Assembly: GCA_938045545.1 (NCBI GenBank)
Contig: CALIBN010000016.1
Span: 1 to 64,000 of the forward strand
Direction: 5' to 3'
DNA from: an uncultured archaeon
GTDB taxonomy: Archaea > Thermoproteota > EX4484-205 > JAAOZP01
DNA length: 64,000 bases
Below, in pieces: positions 56,513 to 64,000 of this stretch; the first letter of the stretch is position 1; each line of letters begins with the position of its first letter. The position numbers were made by a program, and so were the translations under genes. The notes under the pieces were generated by a model. It made no database searches. It worked only from the letters and a program-made list of their open reading frames with translations, and was not told the DNA's origin.

Positions 56513-58120
56513 ATGAAGGAAAGCGGGGAGACATTATTCGTCGAACTCGCCAAGCTTTGCGAGAAGCTTTCCGAGACAACGAGGAGGCTTGAGAAGATTA
56601 GGATGATAGGAGAGTTTCTGAAGGGTTTGAGAAGGGAGGAGATAAGCCCGGCTGTTCTGCTGATAGTCGGAGAAATATTTCCGGAAGCTTCTTCCAAGAC
56701 CCTTGAAATAGGATACGCTACGATAAGCAAGATCATCGAATCTCCCTCTCAGACTCCCCTCTTCCAGAAGCCTCTGACAATCCTGAACGTTGCAGAATAT
56801 TTTGAAAAGATTGCGAAAGCCACCGGCTCAGGGTCGAGGGAGAACAAGGAGCTCGTCTTAAGATCCATGCTTGAGAGAGCCTCTGAGCTTGAAGCCAAAT
56901 ATATTGTTAAGAATATTTTTGGAGAAATGCAGCATGGAGTTGGAGAGGGAGTTATGCTCGAGGCTATTGCAAGAGCCTCAGGAACTAGTCTGGACCTCGT
57001 AAGGAGGGCTCTCATGTTCTCGGGCAACCTGGGAAAGGTCGCCGAGGCAGCTTTAACCTCTGGCGAAGAAGGCTTGAAAAGAATAGGCCTAACCCTCTTT
57101 AATCCGGTGAAGCCCATGCTTGCACAGATGGTCTACAGCGTGGAAGAGGTCTTCAAGTATCACGAGAAAGCTGCTTTCGAATACAAGTTCGACGGAGCTC
57201 GCGTACAGATTCATAAGAAGAACAGTATGATTAGGATTTTCAGCAGGCGTTTGACAGACGTTACTGTCAGCATACCTGAAATAGTTGATGAGGCTATAAA
57301 CGGGGTTAATGCTGAGGAGGCGATACTCGACGGAGAGGTTATAGCTGTCGGTTTAAACGGCAGACCACTCCCCTTCCAGGATTTGATGAGAAGGTTCACT
57401 AAAGTTAAGAATATTGAAGAAGAGATGAAAAGAATACCTCTTAAACTGTATCTTTTCGACTTGATCTACTTGAACGGTAGGCAGCTGATAGATGAACCCT
57501 ACTCGCAGAGATGGAGCATGCTTGAACAGGTTGGGAGAAACATGAACCTCGCCCCGAGAATAGTGACTTCAAGCATCAGTGAAGCCAAGGAGTTTTTGAA
57601 GAAAGCTTTAGAAGAAGGCCACGAAGGAGTTGTCGCCAAGGCTCTCAACAGTCCTTACGTGCCAGGAACCAGGGGGAGGCTCTGGCTTAAACTGAAGACA
57701 GCTGATTACCTTGACCTAGTCATTATCGGTGCCCAATGGGGCTACGGGAGGAGGACAGGCTGGTTAAGCGACTATTTCCTAGCGGCGCTGAACGAGGAAA
57801 CTGGGGGCTACGAGATAGTGGGCAAGACCTTCAAAGGCTTGACTGACGAGGAATTCGAGGAAATGACCAGAAGGCTGCTGAAGCTCAAGGTAAGAGAGGA
57901 GGATAATACTGTCTGGGTAAAGCCGGAGATAGTTGTTGAGGTAGCATACAGTGAAATCCAGAGGAGCCCAAGGTACAAGTCTGGGTTCGCACTGAGGTTT
58001 GCGAGAATAACTCGAATAAGGAGTGATAAGGCTCCGTCTGAGGCAGATACTTTAAAAAGGGTTAGAGAGCTCTACGAGGGTCAGAAGAAGAGAAAAGGAG
58101 CTCTGGAGCAAGAATATTAA
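56513..58120 (+). CDS. lig: ATP-dependent DNA ligase
   Basis: EYKFDGAR, ILDGE, EGVVAK, WLKLK and LRFARITRIRSDK motifs. Confidence 0.95.
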   Translation: MKESGETLFVELAKLCEKLSETTRRLEKIRMIGEFLKGLRREEISPAVLLIVGEIFPEASSKTLEIGYATISKIIESPSQTPLFQKPLTILNVAEYFEKIAKATGSGSRENKELVLRSMLERASELEAKYIVKNIFGEMQHGVGEGVMLEAIARASGTSLDLVRRALMFSGNLGKVAEAALTSGEEGLKRIGLTLFNPVKPMLAQMVYSVEEVFKYHEKAAFEYKFDGARVQIHKKNSMIRIFSRRLTDVTVSIPEIVDEAINGVNAEEAILDGEVIAVGLNGRPLPFQDLMRRFTKVKNIEEEMKRIPLKLYLFDLIYLNGRQLIDEPYSQRWSMLEQVGRNMNLAPRIVTSSISEAKEFLKKALEEGHEGVVAKALNSPYVPGTRGRLWLKLKTADYLDLVIIGAQWGYGRRTGWLSDYFLAALNEETGGYEIVGKTFKGLTDEEFEEMTRRLLKLKVREEDNTVWVKPEIVVEVAYSEIQRSPRYKSGFALRFARITRIRSDKAPSEADTLKRVRELYEGQKKRKGALEQEY

Positions 58121-58150
58121 TAAACGGGTAATTGAAAGGTTTGCATTACA

Positions 58151-59041
58151 TTGGATGTTGCCGTTAAAGAAAGCCGGGATCCAGATAAGGTCGCCAGGCT
58201 GTTCGAGCAGCATAAGGACAGCCCGTTCACATACTTAACAAATATTCCGCTTGTGAAGATGCTGAGCCAACTGGAATCATTCAAAATATTTGTGGCGGAG
58301 GTTGATGGCGAAACAGTCGGTTGTATTCACTCCTTAAGCTACATTTATGACTGTGGGTATGTCGGGGGGCTTCTAGTCCACAAAGATTTCAGGAGGAAAG
58401 GAATTGGAAGTAGCCTGCTGGATGCAGCCTTAAACAGTTTGAACACGAGGTATGTTTACCTCTTCGTCGAGGAGAAGAATACTGCGGCGGTAAGGCTCGT
58501 TGAAAAAACAGGTTTTAAAAGAATCTATAAAGGGCGCCGATATATTGTTTCAACCCAGCTGGATGAGGCTTCAGGAGGCCTGAGAATAACTAATGATGTT
58601 GACTGGGCCTCTTTGAAGAGGAGCATCGGCTTCAAGGAGAGGAACGGGGCTGTTAACCTTGGCTACTATCCTGTTAAGATGAGGGAGAAAGCATTCGAAG
58701 ACCTAAGAGCTAGCAACAGGATCATAAGATGCGGCGGTGTTATAGCGATCGTTGAGAATTCTTACGGATTGACTATTGGAGACCATCTTTACGCTTTTAA
58801 CGATCACATCGTCAGGAGCCTGCGATGCGTCGACACGTCGAGAAGAATTGTCGAAGTAAACCCCTTCTACACGAAGCCTAGATTATCAGACTTGATTAAT
58901 ATGGTGAACTATTTAGTATCGCTGGGAGAAGTACACGTTAAGACTTATGATGGAGACCCTGTGGCCAGTAGACTTCCTTTAACAGGAAGAATAGGGGCAT
59001 TGACGATGGAATATGAAAAACGGGGGTTTAATATGTTTTAA
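58151..59041 (+). CDS. GNAT-family acetyltransferase
   Basis: VHKDFRRKGIGSSLL and NTAAVRLVEKTGF motifs. Confidence 0.85.
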   Translation: MDVAVKESRDPDKVARLFEQHKDSPFTYLTNIPLVKMLSQLESFKIFVAEVDGETVGCIHSLSYIYDCGYVGGLLVHKDFRRKGIGSSLLDAALNSLNTRYVYLFVEEKNTAAVRLVEKTGFKRIYKGRRYIVSTQLDEASGGLRITNDVDWASLKRSIGFKERNGAVNLGYYPVKMREKAFEDLRASNRIIRCGGVIAIVENSYGLTIGDHLYAFNDHIVRSLRCVDTSRRIVEVNPFYTKPRLSDLINMVNYLVSLGEVHVKTYDGDPVASRLPLTGRIGALTMEYEKRGFNMF

Positions 59042-59054
59042 GAGAAATGTTGAA

Positions 59055-60029
59055 CTATTTTTCCTGTCTCTTTGTGAACACCATGTATGAGGCCACTAGG
59101 AAAACTATTGGGAAAACAATGAGCACTATGATGTCTATCAAGCGTGTTGAAAGCACCGTAGGGATGCTGGCTATCGTTCTCTCCCTCTGCCCGAATCCAA
59201 GAGGCCCTGCAGCAAAGCCGAAAAGCGAATCGGTGATCTGTGTATAATGATAGTTTATTGAAAAAGCCTGTATTATGCTTGAAATCTCCGCCGCCTTCCT
59301 CATGTAGCTTAAGTACTCCTCCAATTCTGAAGCCGGGACTCCTGGGGATGTGAAGTTTCCAAATCCCCTTCGCGTCCTATTGAAAACAGCAATGGCTCTA
59401 GTGGGGGGAGGACCCAAGACCGCGATTGTGACGAAGCTACTTATTATAGATAGTATGAACGCGAAGAAAATCCAAATGCCTATACTGATTATTAGTGAGT
59501 GGCTCGACTTGTTTGAGAATGTTGAAATGAAGAGCGAGAAAGCATAGTATGCAAACGATAGAACTATTGAGAAAACGATGAAGATGCAGATCCTCGCAAC
59601 ATCGTCAAGCGTTACAGCAACCTTATGCAACAGTATTGAGACCGATACGGATGCTAATGAGGACACTGCTATGGTTAAGCCTATTACGGCGAGCGCCGAT
59701 ATTATCTTGCCGTTGACCACATCCTCCCTATATATTGGTCTTGAAAGCAGAATCCTAAGGGTTCCACGTTCCCTTTCTCCTGATATAGCGTCAAAGGCTA
59801 ATGCTATGCCAAGCAGCGGAGCCATATATGCCATTGTTGAAGCTATTGTTGAAGCTATCTGAGCCATCGGCCTCACTGCTTGCTGACCCCCAATCATGAA
59901 GCTAAAGGACGTTGAATACGTGCTGGCTATTGAAAACAGTAGAAATATTCCTGCTATCAGCCAAAGCCTTTTACTGGTTATAGTGTCGGTAAATTCTTTA
60001 CGCGCAATTGAGAAAGCGTTTTTCATCAT
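59055..60029 (-). CDS. ABC-2 type transporter permease
   Basis: IARKEF and FDAISGERERGTLRILLSRP motifs; multiple TM helices. Confidence 0.9.
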   Translation of the reverse strand: MMKNAFSIARKEFTDTITSKRLWLIAGIFLLFSIASTYSTSFSFMIGGQQAVRPMAQIASTIASTMAYMAPLLGIALAFDAISGERERGTLRILLSRPIYREDVVNGKIISALAVIGLTIAVSSLASVSVSILLHKVAVTLDDVARICIFIVFSIVLSFAYYAFSLFISTFSNKSSHSLIISIGIWIFFAFILSIISSFVTIAVLGPPPTRAIAVFNRTRRGFGNFTSPGVPASELEEYLSYMRKAAEISSIIQAFSINYHYTQITDSLFGFAAGPLGFGQRERTIASIPTVLSTRLIDIIVLIVFPIVFLVASYMVFTKRQEK

Positions 60030-60032
60030 CCT

Positions 60033-60989
60033 TCATCCCCCTTCCTGATAGAACCGGTATATCTCCTCCCAAGATGGCTCTACGGGTGTCAAGGATTCAA
60101 CAAGATCCTTATACGGGCTTTTCGTTATCAACGAGAAAAGGCTGCTTCCCATATCATTCTTTGACAAAATGGTTACGCGGTTATCGCTCTGTGTTATCTC
60201 CACCACGCTAGGCATGGACCTTATTTCCTGCAACGGTATCTCGCTACCAGGTTTAACGCGAATCTCGTAGCGAAAACCCTTCTCCTTCCTGACTGACTGG
60301 TATAATTCATCCACGCTTCCCTGCACCAGTAGTCTTCCTTCACGTATTATTGCAGCATGAGTGCATATCATGCCTACTTCATACAAGAGGTGTGTAGACA
60401 GCATGACCGTCTTCCCCTCTCTGTTCATTCTTCTAACCAGGTTTCTGAATTCAGCAGCCCCCTCCGGGTCTATCCCAACCGTCGGCTCGTCGAATATTAG
60501 AAGCTCAGGATCCTTCAGCAAGGCTTGAGCTATCCCCAGCCTCTGCCTCATGCCGCGTGAGAATGTTGAAACCTTAGCGTCAGCCCTATCTTTTAAGCCG
60601 ACTGTTTCAAGCGCTCTTAATGCTCTCTTCTTCCTCTGATCAGAAGGAATTCCGTCGAGAGTGGCAAGAAAAGTCAGGTTCTCAAGGGCAGTCATATGAT
60701 CGTAGAAGCCGAAGCCTTCTGGAAGCAAGCCGACCCTCCTCCTTATTTCAACAGAGTGTTTAGTAGCGTCGAAGCCCAGCACCCTAGCGCTTCCACTCGT
60801 CGGCAACAATAATCCGACTAGGATTGAGATTAAAGTTGTCTTCCCAGACCCGTTGGGACCGAAGAGCCCGAAGACGCTTGCCTTAGGGACCTTCATATCG
60901 ATGCTGTTGAGCGCCTTCACCATAGACTTTCCGTTTCCGTAAATCTTAACCAGTTTCTCAGTCTCTATGGCTAGACTCATAGTTTTCAC
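60033..60989 (-). CDS. ABC transporter ATP-binding protein
   Basis: GPNGSGKTT, FSRGMRQR and IFDEPT motifs. Confidence 0.93.
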   Translation of the reverse strand: MKTMSLAIETEKLVKIYGNGKSMVKALNSIDMKVPKASVFGLFGPNGSGKTTLISILVGLLLPTSGSARVLGFDATKHSVEIRRRVGLLPEGFGFYDHMTALENLTFLATLDGIPSDQRKKRALRALETVGLKDRADAKVSTFSRGMRQRLGIAQALLKDPELLIFDEPTVGIDPEGAAEFRNLVRRMNREGKTVMLSTHLLYEVGMICTHAAIIREGRLLVQGSVDELYQSVRKEKGFRYEIRVKPGSEIPLQEIRSMPSVVEITQSDNRVTILSKNDMGSSLFSLITKSPYKDLVESLTPVEPSWEEIYRFYQEGG

Positions 60990-62749
60990 CTTCTTCCATA
61001 TCTACGGTAGATCAGGAGCATTGCTCCAACCATGATAATCACGATCAACGCTCCTATCAGCATGACCTCCCCCCTCTGCTTAACGTAAATATGGAGGCTA
61101 CGAGTAGCTGCCTGACTCTGATCTGCCTTAAGGCTTAAAGTAGCATAGTAGTCTCCCGCGCTTATGTCAGCATCGCTAGTAATGGTCAGTGAGAAAACAA
61201 CGTTTTCCTGAGGCTTAAGCAGCGATACGAGACTCGGGTCGACCTTAATGTTGAACCCGCTTGGCGCGTCAGATACATCGAGCTTAAGATTTGAAAGCGA
61301 GCTGTAACCGGTGTTCTTAACCTCAACCTGGAAAACAATAGTCTCGCCGGCTGTTGTCTCGCAGTAGAAATTCTGAGTCATGTATGCGACGCTATACCAG
61401 CCTAGTATTCCCAATCCTAGGTTCAGCCTGTCGAAAGATCCATTTGCACTAGCCTCCAAAACTATTGACAACACGTCCGGCTCAGCCAGCGGAGGTATGC
61501 TTACAACCACGTTAAGCTTCCTGGTTTCACCGGCTTTCACGTAAAGCTTAGATACAACGCTTCCAGAAGAATCCTTCACCACCCAGTTGTAGCCTGAGGG
61601 AAGCCCAGTTATGCTGATGCTTACAACCCCGTCTGAGTCCCCCGTGTTTTCAACCTCTATAGGATAAGTGGCAGCACCCCCAGCGTAAGCATCAACGTAA
61701 GGCGTGTCCGTTCGAAGCCTCAACCTAGGAGAACCCTTAACAACTATTACGGTAAGGGGAAACGTTGAGTCGAAATCTTTTGTTTTAAAGAGGATGGTGA
61801 CCTCGTAACTTCCAGGAGCAGCGTCTAAAGGCACGTTTATCTTCGCCTTAATGTTAACTGATTCGCTTGAGCCTAGTGAGACACCGTAAAGGACGCTGCC
61901 GTCGCTTTTAACAACGCTGCCCGTCCAGCCGGCTGGGAGGCCTAAGGATATTGTCCCCGTTAGCCTTTCAGACAAAACGTTCCTGACGGTTAGGTCGAAG
62001 ACTACTGTGGAGCCTGGTTGAGCCTGAGCAACAGGGTAGGTTGAGGTTAAGATTTGAAGACTTTTCTTCTCAACGTATAGGGAGACAGTTTTCTCCTGGA
62101 TTATTGAGCCTAAAACCCTTATTTTCAGATTGTAGACCCCTTGCGCGTTGTATGGAATCTTTATCTTAAGGTTAAGGTTTTGAACGCTTCCCCGGCTCAG
62201 CGTCAGGTTTACTATTTCAGCTGAACCCGAGTATACTCCTGCCTCCCATCCCTCTGGAGCCTCAACCAGGATTGTTACCGTCTCCTCTTCCGACCCCTTG
62301 TTCTCCATGGAGACCGGAATACTGACTTCGGAGAAGGATTCAACCTTCAGATAGGTTTGAGATATTGAAACCTTGGGTGAAAAGTCCAGAATGATTTCCC
62401 CCAGATCTACGGAGGGCCTGTTTAGGCTGACGGTTATAGTCTTGCCTTCATACCCTTTTTTCTCCAGCTGAATTCTATAGGTACCACGGTCAAGACTTAT
62501 CGCAAACCCTCCGTTGACGAGAGTCCATATTTTAGTTATGAATGCTCCCGAGGAATCGTAAATGGTGACGGCCACGTTGCTTAAAGGATTACCGTTGAAG
62601 TCCTTCACTGAGCCTAGAAGCGTGTATGATTCCCCGGAAACAGGGATTGATTGATAGAGAGCCAGCAGCATTATTATGGAGATGATAAACCGGGTTTGCC
62701 GTTTAACACTTGTTTTAGCAATGCCTATTTTCTTATCCCATGTTTCCAT
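60986..62749 (-). CDS. Secreted/anchored protein with carboxypeptidase-regulatory-like and repeated NEW3 (Ig-like) domains
   Basis: Signal peptide; repeated V.N.G...P.GW...G.Y units; C-terminal TM followed by RRYGRR. Confidence 0.8.
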   Translation of the reverse strand: METWDKKIGIAKTSVKRQTRFIISIIMLLALYQSIPVSGESYTLLGSVKDFNGNPLSNVAVTIYDSSGAFITKIWTLVNGGFAISLDRGTYRIQLEKKGYEGKTITVSLNRPSVDLGEIILDFSPKVSISQTYLKVESFSEVSIPVSMENKGSEEETVTILVEAPEGWEAGVYSGSAEIVNLTLSRGSVQNLNLKIKIPYNAQGVYNLKIRVLGSIIQEKTVSLYVEKKSLQILTSTYPVAQAQPGSTVVFDLTVRNVLSERLTGTISLGLPAGWTGSVVKSDGSVLYGVSLGSSESVNIKAKINVPLDAAPGSYEVTILFKTKDFDSTFPLTVIVVKGSPRLRLRTDTPYVDAYAGGAATYPIEVENTGDSDGVVSISITGLPSGYNWVVKDSSGSVVSKLYVKAGETRKLNVVVSIPPLAEPDVLSIVLEASANGSFDRLNLGLGILGWYSVAYMTQNFYCETTAGETIVFQVEVKNTGYSSLSNLKLDVSDAPSGFNIKVDPSLVSLLKPQENVVFSLTITSDADISAGDYYATLSLKADQSQAATRSLHIYVKQRGEVMLIGALIVIIMVGAMLLIYRRYGRR

Positions 62750-62818
62750 TGTTACTACCGATTGTAGTAACATCCCTTTATAAACGTTACTATTCCGTGT
62801 AGTAAGGGTTAAATAATC

Positions 62819-63289
62819 ATGTTCAGAGTAATATTGAGAAAAATGCACCGAGGAGCCGCAAAAATATCTCAGTACAACATCGAAGGAAAGGAGCTTCAAG
62901 CCTTCTTAGGTCCATTAGAGACAAGTATAATAGAGGTCATGTGGAGTGCTAAGCAGCCCCTCACTGTCAGAGATGTTTATGAGAGGCTCAAGCGGAAAAA
63001 AAGAATCGCGTACACCACTGTTATGACAACGATGGATAGACTTTACGATAAAGGGCTGCTTGACAGGCGGGTGGAGAAAGGGAGGGGTGGAGTCCTCTAC
63101 GTATATTGGCCAAAGTTTGAAGAACATAATTTCAAGAAATCCGCTGTCCACGAGGTTTTAAATAGCCTCTTGGAAAATTTTGGAGATATTGTTGCAAGCT
63201 ACCTGGTTGAAAGAATCTCTTCGGAGGAGAAAGAGTTTAAAGATTTGAAGGATAAGTTGGAGAAAGCATTAAGGGGGAAAAGAGGTTGA
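62819..63289 (+). CDS. BlaI/MecI/CopY-family transcriptional repressor
   Basis: LGPLETSIIEVMW and AYTTVMTTMDRLYDKGLL motifs. Confidence 0.9.
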   Translation: MFRVILRKMHRGAAKISQYNIEGKELQAFLGPLETSIIEVMWSAKQPLTVRDVYERLKRKKRIAYTTVMTTMDRLYDKGLLDRRVEKGRGGVLYVYWPKFEEHNFKKSAVHEVLNSLLENFGDIVASYLVERISSEEKEFKDLKDKLEKALRGKRG

Positions 63290-63295
63290 CGAAGG

Positions 63296-64000
63296 ATGTT
63301 ATCTATTGACCTAAACTATATTCTTATCCAGCTTTTCCAGCCCTACTTCTACTACTCTACCACCCTACTGGTGGTTTCATTCGTATGCGTCAAGGCACTT
63401 GTGAAATACAATCGTCTACTCACAGCCGAGGTGAAAAGCCTGTGCTACCTATTTCCACTTACAATCCCCGTTTTACTCGTGGCGCTTACTTCCCCCTGGT
63501 TGATCACGAGGCTGCTCCTAGAGATCAAGGTAAGCAACAACCCGCATAGAATACTGCTAGCTACACCTCTAAATCCCCGTATTGCCGGGCTTCCTCCCCC
63601 GATAGTTTTCAACCATGTTAAGCTGCTTGACAACCCGCCTGTGGCAAACATGCTTCTTGCAGCCGGGTTAACGCTATCGTTATTTTACCTATTTACAACA
63701 ATAACCTTAAACGACAGGGTTGCTAAAAGAGTTTTCCGCATAGTTGAGCTTGAACCCAGCGAATACAAATCGCTACAGAAAAAAGTTGGAGAATTGTCCA
63801 AGAAGCTTGGAATCAACCCTCCCAGGGTTGGGCTCGTGGAGGATTTAAGGCCAAACGCCTTCACAGTGGGATATGGGCAGAGGACGATGCTAGTGTTCTC
63901 CTTAGGCATTCTCCAGACTCTGAATGAAAGAGAACTGGCTGCAGTCACAGCCCACGAGCTGGCTCATGTGAAAAACAATGATTTCTTATTTAAGACAATA
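63296..64000 (+). CDS. M56/M48-family membrane zinc metallopeptidase (runs off window)
   Basis: Manual translation: TM helices, PNAFTVG and ELAAVTAHELAH (HExxH). Confidence 0.88.
   Translation, partial: MLSIDLNYILIQLFQPYFYYSTTLLVVSFVCVKALVKYNRLLTAEVKSLCYLFPLTIPVLLVALTSPWLITRLLLEIKVSNNPHRILLATPLNPRIAGLPPPIVFNHVKLLDNPPVANMLLAAGLTLSLFYLFTTITLNDRVAKRVFRIVELEPSEYKSLQKKVGELSKKLGINPPRVGLVEDLRPNAFTVGYGQRTMLVFSLGILQTLNERELAAVTAHELAHVKNNDFLFKTI

Overview
Chromosomal segment of an archaeon, most likely TACK/Thermoproteota-like. This is inferred from the ESCRT-III/Vps4 (Cdv) genes, DUF1512, a 16S-23S operon with no spacer tRNA, an unlinked 5S and intron-rich tRNAs. Core content: rpl3-rpl4-rpl23-rpl2, 16S/23S/5S rRNA, RNase P RNA, 7 tRNAs, dnaG, tsr3, map, coaD, rpiA, cdvB/cdvC/cdvB-like, gatCA, nrdJ-cobO, DNA ligase and an ABC/BlaI-M56 locus. 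Several accessory genes are pseudogenised. Two signals stand out. (1) Bulge-helix-bulge (BHB) micro-introns occur outside their usual hosts. A 32-nt intron with a complete BHB motif interrupts the dnaG reading frame, and its removal restores the conserved VVE-KHD N-terminus. A 17-nt BHB-type intron sits in the 5S rRNA gene, and its removal gives a canonical 121-nt 5S. Five tRNAs also carry non-canonical introns or inserts. (2) A repeated tRNA-adjacent cassette family pairs a PD-(D/E)XK nuclease tip with a convergent conserved partner gene. The longest copy is a decayed Cys-rich/TGT-like/metallophosphoesterase/acidic-linker polyprotein. There are three copies plus a fourth, different nuclease module. 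All calls come from manual reading; no searches were run.
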